DNA of 64,000 nucleotides from Comamonadaceae bacterium (lineage in GTDB: Bacteria > Pseudomonadota > Gammaproteobacteria > Burkholderiales > Burkholderiaceae_C), in the NCBI GenBank assembly GCA_947381325.1, contig CANCUP010000001.1, positions 88-64,087 on the forward strand. The letters are read 5' to 3'. Positions 1 through 9,895 of the stretch are shown here, one piece after another. How positions within the stretch are numbered: position 1 is the stretch's first letter; every line of letters starts with the position of its first letter. The position numbers and the translations under genes are program-made. The notes below the pieces were generated by a model. It did no database searches. It saw only the letters and a list, made by a program, of their open reading frames with translations, and was not told the origin of the DNA.

Positions 1-722
1 ACGGGAATGCCCAATCGCTCGGCCAAGGCCGTGATCTCAGGGCCCGCCTCCGACAAGGTGGCGCCATGGCCGATGAACAGCACCGGTTGATGCGCTTTGG
101 CCAAGAGATCCAACGTGGCTGCCATGTCAACATCGCTCGCGCCTGGGCGGTGCATGCGGTGGATGTGCGAGCTCTCGGGCACGCTAACCTCGGCCTCTTC
201 TTGGTAGACGTTGTAGGGAATGTCCAAGTTCACCGGGCCGGGCCGGCCTGTGACCATGGTGTCCATGGCCTGGCGCAAGGCCAGTGGCAGCATGTCCACG
301 CGGGTGGGCTGAAACGCCCGCTTGACCACCGGGCGCATGACCTGCGCAAAGTCGGCCTGGTTGTGTTTGTAGAGTTCTTGAAACGGCGCCCGGTTGTGCT
401 GCGAGGTGGGCACGTTCGAGGTGATGGCCAAGAAGGCCGACGAGTCGGACAAGGCGGTGGCCAAAGACATCACCATATTGGCCGAACCCGGGCCGGTCGA
501 GGTCAAGGTCACCACGGGTTTGTGCTTGACACGGTAGTAGGCGTCGGCCATGTGACCCGCGCACTGTTCGTGGCGCGGCGAGACCAGCTTCAAACGGTCA
601 CGCACCTCGTACAAGGCATCCAATATGCCCACGTTGCCGTGGCCGCAAATGCCAAAGATGTACGGTACTTTTTCTTGTACCAAGTATTCGGCGATGAGTT
701 CGCCACCCTTCATTGTTGCCAT
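1..722 (-). CDS. Thiamine-diphosphate-dependent enzyme (acetolactate synthase/IolD-like family), N-terminal part; runs off the window start
   Basis: Not in the ORF track. Manual translation from the ATG at 722 gives MATMKGGELIAEYLVQEKVPYIFGICGHGNVG...PRHEQCAGHMADAYYRV...TSTGPGSAN...GRPGPVNLDIP. RHEQ, TxGPG and GRPGPV are motifs of the ThDP-enzyme PYR domain. Confidence 0.9.
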   Translation of the reverse strand, partial: MATMKGGELIAEYLVQEKVPYIFGICGHGNVGILDALYEVRDRLKLVSPRHEQCAGHMADAYYRVKHKPVVTLTSTGPGSANMVMSLATALSDSSAFLAITSNVPTSQHNRAPFQELYKHNQADFAQVMRPVVKRAFQPTRVDMLPLALRQAMDTMVTGRPGPVNLDIPYNVYQEEAEVSVPESSHIHRMHRPGASDVDMAATLDLLAKAHQPVLFIGHGATLSEAGPEITALAERLGIP

Positions 723-758
723 GGGCTGCTTTCAGTTCAATTCAATTCAGTCATCACT

Positions 759-2186
759 TTAGGTGGTGATGGTCACAATGCGCTCTTCGGTCATCTCGTG
801 GATGGCGTAGTGCGGCCCCTCGCGGCCAAAGCCGCTGTCTTTGGAGCCCCCATAAGGCATCAAATCCACACGCGAGCTCGAAGTTTCGTTGATGTGGACT
901 CCGCCCACCTCCAGTTGGTGTGCGGCAGCCAAGGCTTCGGCCAAGCGGTTGGTGAACAGCCCGGAAGCCAAACCAAACGGCGTGGCATTGACCCGTGCAA
1001 TCGCTTGATCCAGGGTGTCAAAAGGCACGATGCACACCACCGGGCCAAAAATTTCGCAGCAACCGACCTTCATGCGGTCGCTGATGCGCGTCAACAACGT
1101 GGGCGGTATGACCGCGCCTTGTCGGGGTCCGCCCGCCAAACGTTGGGCCCCCAAAGAGATGGCCTCGTCAATCCAAGCCTCGATGCGGATCGCGTCATCC
1201 TCGCTGATCACCGGCCCCACGAAGGTCTGTGCGTCTTTGGGGTCGCCAAAGCGCAAGGCACCCACCAAACTGGCCAAGCGGGTCTCCACCTCTTGCACAC
1301 GCGAGGCATGCACCAGCAGCAATTGCACCGAGGTACACACTTGGCCCGCCTTGCGAAAGCCCGCGTTGACCACCTTGGGCAAGGCCATGTCCAGGTCGGC
1401 ATCGTCACACACGATGGTGCAAGCGATGGAGCCCAACTCCATTTGCGTGCGCCGCAGGCCTGCGGCCGCTTGAATTTTGCGACCCACCTCGGTGCTGCCC
1501 GTGAAGGCAAAGTAGCGCACCCGTGGGTCGTCTTGCAAATGCTTGACCACTTGGGCGCTGCCATGCAACACACTCAAGAAACCCCGCGGCATGCCGGCAT
1601 CGAGCAGCAGCTGCGCAAACTTGCACGCAATGCCTGGGGTTTGGGTCGACGGCTTCAAGATCACCGCATTGCCCGCGGCAAACGCGGGCCCCACTTTGTG
1701 CGCCACCGTGTTGAGCGGTGCATTGAAGGGCGTGATGGCCGCCACCACGCCAAGCGGCACGCGCAGGGTGAAGCCCAAGCGCCCTGTTTGGCCCGGCGCC
1801 CCCATCAGCGGAATCATGTCGCCCGCCAAGCGACGCGCCTCTTCGCCCGAGAGCTTGAGGGTTTGAATGCAGCGGCGGGTTTCGCCCGCAGCATCCGACT
1901 GGGTGAACCCAGCCTCACGCTGCATGGTCTGTACGAAGTCGTCCAGCCGTTCTTCCAGCAAGATCGCCGCACGCTCGAGCACCGAGCCGCGCTCAAAGGG
2001 CACCCAGGGACCTTGTCGGTAAGCCGCTTGGGCGGCATCGATGGCTTGTGTGACTTGCGCGGCATCGGCCACATCCAGGGTCCACAGGTCTTGCAAGGTG
2101 AACTTGTCACGTACCGAGACACGTGGGCCAGCACCGTCAACCCATTGGCCATCGATGAGGTGTTGCAGTTGGGGCAGAGACGACAT
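759..2186 (-). CDS. Aldehyde dehydrogenase family protein
   Basis: Motifs ITPFNAP, LKPS, FTGSTEVG, ELG, GQVC (catalytic Cys), EIFGP, PYGGSKDSGFGREG. The ATG overlaps the stop of the cupin gene. Confidence 0.95.
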   Translation of the reverse strand: MSSLPQLQHLIDGQWVDGAGPRVSVRDKFTLQDLWTLDVADAAQVTQAIDAAQAAYRQGPWVPFERGSVLERAAILLEERLDDFVQTMQREAGFTQSDAAGETRRCIQTLKLSGEEARRLAGDMIPLMGAPGQTGRLGFTLRVPLGVVAAITPFNAPLNTVAHKVGPAFAAGNAVILKPSTQTPGIACKFAQLLLDAGMPRGFLSVLHGSAQVVKHLQDDPRVRYFAFTGSTEVGRKIQAAAGLRRTQMELGSIACTIVCDDADLDMALPKVVNAGFRKAGQVCTSVQLLLVHASRVQEVETRLASLVGALRFGDPKDAQTFVGPVISEDDAIRIEAWIDEAISLGAQRLAGGPRQGAVIPPTLLTRISDRMKVGCCEIFGPVVCIVPFDTLDQAIARVNATPFGLASGLFTNRLAEALAAAHQLEVGGVHINETSSSRVDLMPYGGSKDSGFGREGPHYAIHEMTEERIVTITT

Positions 2187-2572
2187 CAACGCATCTCCTG
2201 CTCATCGTCGGTGGGCGTGGTGACCACCAAAAACACCAAGCCCTGGGTGCCGGTGTTGGTGAAGCTGTGGCGCACGCCAGGGGGCACGTACACATAGTCA
2301 TGGGGACGCATGAGGTGCTTGTCATCGTCGGTGGTCAGCACGCCCTCGCCTTCGAGCACGTAATAGACCTGCTCTTGGATTTTGTGCACATGCTCTTCGA
2401 CAAAAGCCGCTGGGGCATAGCGCGAAATGCGGAAATCCATGCGCTGGGTGTCCGCATTGCCGGGCCCCACCAAGGCTTTGGACAAGGCGCCACCAAAGTG
2501 CCCGGGGAATTGCTGCCAAGGGATGTTGGCCATTTTCTCGACCAGTGCTTGAGGTTTTGAAGAGGTCGTCAT
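2186..2572 (-). CDS. Cupin domain protein
   Basis: Cupin metal motifs EEHVHKIQEQVYYVLEGEG and YVPPGVRHSF. Start placed at MTTSSK. Confidence 0.88.
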   Translation of the reverse strand: MTTSSKPQALVEKMANIPWQQFPGHFGGALSKALVGPGNADTQRMDFRISRYAPAAFVEEHVHKIQEQVYYVLEGEGVLTTDDDKHLMRPHDYVYVPPGVRHSFTNTGTQGLVFLVVTTPTDDEQEMR

Positions 2573-2622
2573 GGATGTGCTTTCATGGAGAGGTTGTCTA
2601 AGAGGGACGCAGTCGTTCGGGC

Positions 2623-5160
2623 TCACAGCCACAGGATTTTTTTGCGGTAGGTCAAATCGGTCAGCAAAGGCTCAGCGGGTCCTTCGTGGAACACTTGCCC
2701 ACGCTCCAGGGCGTAGACACGGTCGGCCAAAGCCAAGACCAAATCCAGGTTGTGCTCCACGATGACGATGGAGATGTGCTGGCGCAACAAGTCAAACACG
2801 GTGAACAACTCTTGCACCACCGCAGGCGCCAAGCCTTCAAAGGGCTCGTCGAGCAACAGCAAGCGCACATTGCCCGACAAGGCCCGCGCGACCGCCACCA
2901 TTTGTTGCTCACCGCCCGACAAATAGTCGGCCGCCACATGCATGCGCTCACGCAAGCGTGGGAAGTAGTGCAAGATTTGTTCTTCATCCCACACCACGCC
3001 CGACTGACCATCGGTGGCGCGGGCCAAACGACCCAAGCTCAAGTTCTCGGCCACCGTCATGCCGGCAAACAAGCCCCTGCCCTGCGGCACATAACCAATG
3101 CCCATGCGGGCAATGTCGGGTGCGGACATCCCAGCAATGGGCTGACCGTCAAAGTTGACCTGGCCACTCTTGGGTGGCAGCAAACCCACCAAGGCCTTGA
3201 GCAAGGTCGACTTGCCCGCGCCGTTGCGACCGAGCAAGGCCACAATCTCGCCTTCGTGCACGCGCAAACTCGCGTCGTTCAAGATGTGGCTCTTGCCGTA
3301 GAAGGCATTGACTTTGTCAAAGTCGAGCAACAGCGGACGTGTGGTCGACACCGCCACGCTTCGGCCCGTGACAGGGGGTGTGCCGCTGCCGGTGTAAATT
3401 TCTTGCACGCGCGAATCGTTGCGCACCTGGTCTGGCGTGCCACTCATCAGCACCTCGCCTTGGTTCATCACCGTCACACGGTGTGAAAAAGCCAAGACCC
3501 GGTCGATGTCGTGCTCCACGATCAACACCGGAATATTGCTGGCGATGGTGGTCACCAAGTTGGACACCCGCTCACGCTCGGCGGCCGCCAAACCGGCCAA
3601 GGGCTCGTCCATCAGCAGCACTTGGGGCTTAGAGCCCAAGGCGATGCCCAAATCAACCAAGCGCTGGCCGCCATACGACAGCTCGCCCCCCTCGACACGC
3701 TCCATGCCTTGCAGGCCCAAGAACTTCATGAGCTCTGCGGTTTCGGTGTGGATGGAGGGGTAGTCGTCGATGTCGCGCCAGCAATTGAAACGCGCCGCAT
3801 GCCGGGCTTGCAAGGACAGTCGCAGGTTCTCGTAAATCGTCAAGCCTTTGAACAGGTTGGTGATTTGAAACGAGCGCGACAGGCCTTGTTGGCAAATTTG
3901 ATCGGGCGAGAGGTGCCCCACCGATTGAGCATGCAACGTGACGCTGCCGGTGTCAGACGTGAACAGGCCCGAAATCAAATTGAAGGTGGTGGTTTTACCG
4001 GCGCCGTTGGGGCCAATGAGGGCATGGATTTGTCCCGCCTCCACCACCACCGTCGTGTCTTTCACCGCTTGAATGCCACCGAATTTTTTGCTGATGTGCG
4101 TGGCTGCGAGCACCGCGCCCTGATGCGCTTTGGGACGCAGGAATTCGGGCAGCGGCAAACCCTCAAAGATTTGGCGTTTGCTCATAGCGGCTGAATCTTC
4201 AGCAGGTGGACGCCAGCGGCGTTGCAACTGCCCCCAGATGCCCACCAAGCCGGTGGGTGAAAAGAGAATGAAGCCCACAAAGATCAAACCGAACCATAGC
4301 AACCAGTTGTCGGTGTAAATCGAAAACAGCTCGCGAAACAGCAAGAAGAACAGCGCGCCCAGGGCGGGGCCCAAGAAGCTGCGCATGCCCCCAATCACCA
4401 CCATGGCCAACAGCTCACCCGAGAACGCCACCGTGGTGGACTCGGCCGCAGCCAGTCGGTGCAAAAACACCATCAAGGCACCCGCCAAGCCGGTGATGGA
4501 CGCCGAGATCACAAAGGCCAACAGCTTGTAGCGGTCGATGTTGTAGCCCTGAAAGGTGGCGCGTTGCTCGTTCTCACGAATCGCCACCAAGGTGTGGCCA
4601 AACGGCGAGCGCACCACCCGCAGCATGAGGTAGACCAACACAAACCCAAGGCCCGCAATGAACACGTAGTAGTTGAGGTGTTCGTCCAAACTGAAGGGAC
4701 CCATGCTGTTGCGTTCAATGCCCCCCAAACCACCCTCGCCGCCCGTCAGGCTGGTCCAGCGAAACGAGATCGCAAAGGTCAAGGCACACAAGGCCAAGGT
4801 CATCAAAGAGAAATACACCCCTTTGCGACGCAGCACCAAAAAGCCGATGACCGTGGCCAAGGCGGCGGTGAAGCCCACCGAGAACAACAGCGGCCACAAA
4901 GTTTGCCCCGGCATCCAATGCTTCTGCGACAAAGCCGCGGCATAACCACCAATGCCAAACCAGGCGCTGTGGCCAAACGACACCAAACCGGTGTAGCCCA
5001 CCAACAGGTTCAAGCCCATGGCGGCCATGGCCAAGATCACCACCACGGTGGCAGCGTCCAGCGTCAAGCCGATGGCTTGAAACACGATCGGCAACAGCAC
5101 CAAGGCCAGTGCGGTGATCCAGAGAGGTTGGTATTTCGAGTTCACGTGCAAGTTGCTCAT
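2623..5160 (-). CDS. Fused Liv-type ABC permease (LivM-like) plus two ATPase domains (LivG- and LivF-like)
   Basis: Hydrophobic N-terminus (GYTGLVSFGH, AIRENEQRA) followed by two Walker A motifs ([18 protein letters not shown]), signatures LSYGG and LSGGEQQM, and two DEP Walker B motifs in one 845-aa ORF. Confidence 0.92.
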   Translation of the reverse strand: MSNLHVNSKYQPLWITALALVLLPIVFQAIGLTLDAATVVVILAMAAMGLNLLVGYTGLVSFGHSAWFGIGGYAAALSQKHWMPGQTLWPLLFSVGFTAALATVIGFLVLRRKGVYFSLMTLALCALTFAISFRWTSLTGGEGGLGGIERNSMGPFSLDEHLNYYVFIAGLGFVLVYLMLRVVRSPFGHTLVAIRENEQRATFQGYNIDRYKLLAFVISASITGLAGALMVFLHRLAAAESTTVAFSGELLAMVVIGGMRSFLGPALGALFFLLFRELFSIYTDNWLLWFGLIFVGFILFSPTGLVGIWGQLQRRWRPPAEDSAAMSKRQIFEGLPLPEFLRPKAHQGAVLAATHISKKFGGIQAVKDTTVVVEAGQIHALIGPNGAGKTTTFNLISGLFTSDTGSVTLHAQSVGHLSPDQICQQGLSRSFQITNLFKGLTIYENLRLSLQARHAARFNCWRDIDDYPSIHTETAELMKFLGLQGMERVEGGELSYGGQRLVDLGIALGSKPQVLLMDEPLAGLAAAERERVSNLVTTIASNIPVLIVEHDIDRVLAFSHRVTVMNQGEVLMSGTPDQVRNDSRVQEIYTGSGTPPVTGRSVAVSTTRPLLLDFDKVNAFYGKSHILNDASLRVHEGEIVALLGRNGAGKSTLLKALVGLLPPKSGQVNFDGQPIAGMSAPDIARMGIGYVPQGRGLFAGMTVAENLSLGRLARATDGQSGVVWDEEQILHYFPRLRERMHVAADYLSGGEQQMVAVARALSGNVRLLLLDEPFEGLAPAVVQELFTVFDLLRQHISIVIVEHNLDLVLALADRVYALERGQVFHEGPAEPLLTDLTYRKKILWL

Positions 5161-6032
5161 TCAAAACGCTCAATACGTTCGCCCAACAAACCACGCGGCC
5201 GCAGCATGAGCACCAAAAACATCAGGACATACATCGAGGCTTCGCTGGCCGCAGGCTCAAAGTGAATCGTGATGCCCCGCACCACCCCCACCAGCAAGGC
5301 CGAGACCACCACCCCCCAAAAACTGCCCAAGCCACCGATGATGACCACCACAAACGCCACGGTCATGATCTCTGTCCCCATGGCAGGATGCACCGTGGCA
5401 ATGGGGCCAAACAACACACCGCCAAGCGCAGCCGTGGCCACACCCAGCACCACGATGGCCGTCATGTAAGGCTGCAAGCGGATGCCCAACACCGCCACCA
5501 TGTCGGGGCGCTGCACGCCGGCGCGGACCACCCGACCGAAAGCGGTTTTGTGCAGCAACAGCCAAATGCCGCACAAGATGAGCACCACCACACCCAGAAT
5601 GAAGATTCGGTATTTGGAGAACATCATGTCGCCCATCATCCAAGCGCCTTTGAATTCAGGCGGCATCATGGAAGACAGAGGCGCTGCGCCCCACACCATG
5701 CGGATGAATTGCTCGACCACCATGGCCAAACCAAAAGTGAGCAACAAACTCAAAATGGGGTCCGCGGTGTAGAAGCGTCTGAGCAAAAACCGCTCAAATG
5801 CGATGCCTAAACATCCCACCAACACCGGTGTGATGAAGATGCTGGCACCAAAGCCCAAGTACTTGATCACCTCCAAGGAGATGTAAGCCCCCAAGGCATA
5901 AAACGCACCGTGGGCCAAATTGACAATGCCGCCCACACTGAAGATCAGCGACAGCCCCAAGGCCATCAACAGGTAATAACCGCCCAACACCAAGCCGTTC
6001 ACAACTTGTTCGAGCAAAAAAACGATTTGCAT
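5157..6032 (-). CDS. Branched-chain amino acid-type ABC permease (LivH-like)
   Basis: Motifs ALGLSLIF..NLAHG, VVVIIGGLGS, RPRGLLG. Confidence 0.92.
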   Translation of the reverse strand: MQIVFLLEQVVNGLVLGGYYLLMALGLSLIFSVGGIVNLAHGAFYALGAYISLEVIKYLGFGASIFITPVLVGCLGIAFERFLLRRFYTADPILSLLLTFGLAMVVEQFIRMVWGAAPLSSMMPPEFKGAWMMGDMMFSKYRIFILGVVVLILCGIWLLLHKTAFGRVVRAGVQRPDMVAVLGIRLQPYMTAIVVLGVATAALGGVLFGPIATVHPAMGTEIMTVAFVVVIIGGLGSFWGVVVSALLVGVVRGITIHFEPAASEASMYVLMFLVLMLRPRGLLGERIERFE

Positions 6033-6054
6033 GAGACTCCAAAGAAACCTAGGC

Positions 6055-6078
6055 CCATGCTGGCCGGGGCCAGCATGG
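6055..6078. terminator. GC-rich hairpin between binding-protein and permease genes (mRNA stabiliser/attenuator)
   Basis: Inverted repeat CCATGCTGGCC-GG-GGCCAGCATGG immediately downstream of the SBP stop codon. Confidence 0.5.
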
Positions 6079-6098
6079 AGGGAACGACGCGTGCAGGA

Positions 6099-7370
6099 TC
6101 ACATCTTGCAGGTGTTCTCTGCCTTGGTGGTGGCCAGCAATTCCAGCGACTGGTTGGGCGCAGGCACCGCCTCACCAAACAGCAAGAAGTCCTGCTTGTT
6201 TTTGGATTGCCCTTTGGCCTTGACCGTGAAGGGATAGGCCTCTTGCATCAACTGGTGGTCCCATGCACGGAAATAACCTTTGCGCGCTTTGAGGATGTCG
6301 AACTCGGCACCAGTTTCCAAATAAGCGATCAGCTTCTCGCTGTCGGTGGACTTGGTGGCATTCATCGCCTGAGCCATGATCTTGAGGGTGATGTACTCAA
6401 TCCACGCATGGTTCTCCGGGATGCGACCAAAGCGTTTTTCAAAGTTCGCCACAAAGGTCTTGGAGCCAGGGGTCTGCAAGTCGTGGTGCCACACGGTCGG
6501 CCAAATGCCACCCAAGTTGCCCTCTCCTGCCGCCCATGCATCGGCGGTGTTCAGGTTGAAGCCCACCACGGGATAGGGCAAACCGAATTCGGCGTACTGC
6601 TTGACGAAGTTGGTGACTTGGTTGCCCGCCAAGTTGGAGGCAATCAAATCGGGCTTGGCTTGGCGAATCTTGAGCAAGTAAGGGCTCAGGTCGGTGGCAT
6701 CGGTGGGCACCAGCTCGTCGCCAATCAAGGTACCGCCGTTGTCGGTGAAAAACTTTTTCGCGACTTTGGTGAGGTCGTGACCGAACAAGTAGTCGGCCGT
6801 GAGGCTGAAAATTTTCTTGCCCTTGACCATGTTGTCACGCACCAGCGCTTGGCCCACGGCATTGACCATCACCGTGACAGGAATGTCCACGTGGAAGGTA
6901 TAGCGGTTGCAGTCTTTGCCGCGCAGCACGTCGGAACGAGCCCCAATGCTGAAGAACAATTTCTTGTTGCGACCCGCCACCTGCGAAATGGTCAAAGCCG
7001 ACGCAGATGAAATCTCGCCCATCAAGACCGAGACGTTGTCGCGCTCGATCATGCGCTGCGCTTTGGTGGCGGCGACCTGAGGATTCACCGAATCTTCAGT
7101 GATCACCTCCAGCTTGCGGCCCATCACACCGCCTGCGGCGTTGATTTCGTCGGCAGCCATCTTGATGCCTTGGGCCGCATATTCACCGAGGGCGCCCAAA
7201 AAGCCCGTCATCGGGGTCAAGTGGCCCACCTTGATAGGTGCCGCACCTTGCGCCCACAAGGGCATGGAGAGGCTGGCGGCACCGCCGAGCGCCAATCCAG
7301 TGGCGAGCAACTGGCGCCGCTGGGTCGACGCGAGCTGATTCGCCGATTCTGATTTCTGAGTTGTGTCCAT
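6099..7370 (-). CDS. ABC transporter substrate-binding protein (Liv/PBP1 family), possible Tat-like signal
   Basis: RRQLL...AQ leader; IKVGHLTPMTG; EINAAGGVMGRKLE. Confidence 0.92.
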   Translation of the reverse strand: MDTTQKSESANQLASTQRRQLLATGLALGGAASLSMPLWAQGAAPIKVGHLTPMTGFLGALGEYAAQGIKMAADEINAAGGVMGRKLEVITEDSVNPQVAATKAQRMIERDNVSVLMGEISSASALTISQVAGRNKKLFFSIGARSDVLRGKDCNRYTFHVDIPVTVMVNAVGQALVRDNMVKGKKIFSLTADYLFGHDLTKVAKKFFTDNGGTLIGDELVPTDATDLSPYLLKIRQAKPDLIASNLAGNQVTNFVKQYAEFGLPYPVVGFNLNTADAWAAGEGNLGGIWPTVWHHDLQTPGSKTFVANFEKRFGRIPENHAWIEYITLKIMAQAMNATKSTDSEKLIAYLETGAEFDILKARKGYFRAWDHQLMQEAYPFTVKAKGQSKNKQDFLLFGEAVPAPNQSLELLATTKAENTCKM

Positions 7371-7458
7371 CGATGTCTCCTTGTTGTGGGTGATTCACTT
7401 AGCCCGCGCATCCTAGGAGGCTTTGGGGCATTTGCAAAGTCGTGTTTTCCGTCACAAG

Positions 7459-7477
7459 GTATAAGTTTTTCATATAC
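7459..7477. promoter_or_regulatory. LysR recognition box (T-N11-A; ATA-N9-TAT, Nac-type)
   Basis: Dyad GTATA-AGTTTTTCA-TATAC in the divergent spacer just upstream of the LysR start. Confidence 0.65.
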
Positions 7478-7506
7478 TGAACCGGCACCCACGGAGGCCA
7501 CACACC

Positions 7507-8469
7507 TTGAATCTGAAACAACTGCAATATTTCGTACGCATCGTCGAGTGCGGCAGCTTGGCCAAAGCGTCGCGACAGCTCTTCATTGCACAGCCCGCGT
7601 TGAGCCAACAACTCTCCAAACTCGAAGAAGAGGTAGGGAAAACACTGCTCATCCGATCGGCCAAGGGCGTCATCCCCACCCCAAATGGCGCCGCTTTGTT
7701 GCAACATGCCCGCTACATGTTGCGTCAACTGGAGCAAGCCCTGGTGATTGCGCGGCAAGAACCCGGCTCCATCCAAGGCATGGTCTCGGTCGGACTCGCC
7801 TCCACCACCTTGTGCGCCTTGGGCGCACCCTTGATGCGACGCATGCGCGAGAAGTACCCCGGCATCATCCTCAACATTGTGGAAGGCCTGAGCGGCCACA
7901 TTGCGCAAATGATGCGCTTGACACAGCTGGACCTGGCCATTTTGTTTGGCCATGACGCGGCGCCCGATTTGCCGCATGAGAGCTTGCTGGAAGAAGACCT
8001 GTTCTTGATGTTGCCCCAAGACAGCCCCTTGGTCTCGCAACGGCGCAAAAGCATCCGCTGCGATGAAGTGGCCCAATTGCCGCTGATTTTGCCCACCGGC
8101 ATCCACGGCTTGCGCCGAAGGATTGCGCATGAATTTGACCAACGCAATTTACAAATGAATGTGGTGGCCGAAATTGACTCCTTGTCGCTGCTCTTGCTGT
8201 GCGTGAAAGACGGCATGGGCGCCACCATCAAACCCATCTCAGCCACCATGATGGAAGACCGCTTGGCCACCGGCCTGCGACACCTGCCCATCTCGGACGC
8301 GCACCTCAAACGGCCCAATTATTTGTTCAGCACCGAGCACGAACGCCTCACGCCCGCGACCATGGCCGTTCACACCGAGATCAAAGACACCGTGAAGTTT
8401 CTGGTCAACAGCGGACAATGGCGAGGCGCGCAACTGACTGAGAAAATCAAACACGCTGCGGGCATCTAG
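7507..8469 (+). CDS. LysR-family regulator (Nac-like subgroup)
   Basis: HTH region MNLKQLQYFVRIVECGSLAKASRQLFIAQPALSQQLSKLEEE. TTG start. Confidence 0.93.
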   Translation: MNLKQLQYFVRIVECGSLAKASRQLFIAQPALSQQLSKLEEEVGKTLLIRSAKGVIPTPNGAALLQHARYMLRQLEQALVIARQEPGSIQGMVSVGLASTTLCALGAPLMRRMREKYPGIILNIVEGLSGHIAQMMRLTQLDLAILFGHDAAPDLPHESLLEEDLFLMLPQDSPLVSQRRKSIRCDEVAQLPLILPTGIHGLRRRIAHEFDQRNLQMNVVAEIDSLSLLLLCVKDGMGATIKPISATMMEDRLATGLRHLPISDAHLKRPNYLFSTEHERLTPATMAVHTEIKDTVKFLVNSGQWRGAQLTEKIKHAAGI

Positions 8470-8492
8470 CCCCGCATCACCGAAAGCAAGGT

Positions 8493-9365
8493 ATGAAACA
8501 CATTGGCATGGTTGGCATTGGCATGATGGGGCATGGCATTGCCAGCAACTTACTCAAACATGGCTGGTCGTTGACGGTGCTGGAGCACCCTGGCAATCAA
8601 CCCTTGACCGATCTGCTGGCCGCCGGCGCCCGCACCTGCCAAACCCCCAAGCAACTGGCAGCGCAATCGGATGTGGTGATCTTGTGTGTCACCGGCACGC
8701 CACAAGTCGAGGCGGTGCTGATGGGCGAAGACGGCGTGTTGCAAGGCTTGCAAGCGGGCAGCCTCGTCATCGACTGCTCGACCGCCGTGCCAGCGTCCAC
8801 CGACAAGCTGGCGCAAGCCGTGAGCGCCGCAGGCGGGCGATTTTTAGATGCGCCCATGACACGCACCCCCAAAGAAGCGGCGCTGGGCAAACTCAATCTG
8901 TTGGTAGGTGCAGACCTTGATTTGTTTGAACACTGCAAGCCGCTGCTGTCGTGTTTTGCAGAAAACATCGTGCACGCAGGCCCTGTGGGTGCGGGCCACC
9001 GCATGAAGCTGCTGCACAACTACGTCTCCCTGGGCTCTGTCACCTTGCTGGCCGAAGCGGCGGCTTGTGCACAACGCGCCGGGGTGAACCCGCAAACCTT
9101 CATCGACATCCTCGCCATGGGCGGTGGTTGGGGTGCGGCGTTGGAACGCTTGAAGCCCTATTTGACCCACGCAGACACCTCTGGCTTGCAATTCAGCATG
9201 GCCAACGCGCTCAAGGACCTGAGCTACTACAACGACATGGCACGCGACACACACGCAGACCAAACCGTGGCCACAGCGATCCAGCGCACCATTGAAGCCG
9301 CCTGCGCACAAGGCGATCCGCAAGCCCTGATGCCCGAGCTGGTGTCAAGAATTGCCCAGCGATAA
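8493..9365 (+). CDS. Beta-hydroxyacid dehydrogenase (3-hydroxyisobutyrate/2-hydroxy-3-oxopropionate reductase family)
   Basis: Rossmann GIGMMG, DCST, FLDAP, and the catalytic Lys in KLLHN. Confidence 0.9.
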   Translation: MKHIGMVGIGMMGHGIASNLLKHGWSLTVLEHPGNQPLTDLLAAGARTCQTPKQLAAQSDVVILCVTGTPQVEAVLMGEDGVLQGLQAGSLVIDCSTAVPASTDKLAQAVSAAGGRFLDAPMTRTPKEAALGKLNLLVGADLDLFEHCKPLLSCFAENIVHAGPVGAGHRMKLLHNYVSLGSVTLLAEAAACAQRAGVNPQTFIDILAMGGGWGAALERLKPYLTHADTSGLQFSMANALKDLSYYNDMARDTHADQTVATAIQRTIEAACAQGDPQALMPELVSRIAQR

Positions 9366-9448
9366 ACCGCTGGGTGTTGCGCTCACGCAGCTTGCATCCG
9401 GTGCGTGTGCGCCTATTTTTCAGCCAGCGCGGCCATGGCGCTTTGAAG

Positions 9449-9895
9449 TCACGGCCTGCGGTTGTGCTGCTCAACAATTTGTCGCAGTAATTTTTTCAAA
9501 TCAGCCGAACGCTTGACACCAAAAGGCGCCAGCACACGCTGCTCGTGCAATTTGGCTTGCTGAATCAAATAGGTGATGATTTTTTCGCCCTTGTGCGTGA
9601 TGCGCACAGAGGTCACACGCCGGTCGGTTTCATCCACCCAGCGCGCCACCACACCTTTTTGCTCCAACAAATCCAGCAGCCGTGTCACGGTGGGTTGCTT
9701 GAGCACGCTGACCTGGGCCAAGCGCCCGACGCTCATCTCTTCGATGCCAGACAGGGACGCCAACACACGCCACTCGTTGACGGAAAACCCGTTCTCACGA
9801 ACCACCCGATGGAATTCGGTGGAAATCAGATGGCTGGCCTGTGCCAGCAAAGCCGCTAAGTAGTCGTCAACGAAACGAATCGGTTCTTCTTGCAT
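9449..9895 (-). CDS. iadR: MarR-family regulator, IadR-like auxin sensor
   Basis: RFVDDYLAALLAQASHLISTEFH...EWRVLASL...KQPTVTRLLD...DRR closely resembles Variovorax IadR as I recall it. Transcribed divergently from the ior/iad operon. Confidence 0.8.
   Translation of the reverse strand: MQEEPIRFVDDYLAALLAQASHLISTEFHRVVRENGFSVNEWRVLASLSGIEEMSVGRLAQVSVLKQPTVTRLLDLLEQKGVVARWVDETDRRVTSVRITHKGEKIITYLIQQAKLHEQRVLAPFGVKRSADLKKLLRQIVEQHNRRP

Noticed and set aside
66-2297. 743-aa plus-strand ORF
   Set aside because: Antisense shadow of the ThDP enzyme, ALDH and cupin genes. No recognisable motifs, and such shadows are expected in high-GC coding DNA.
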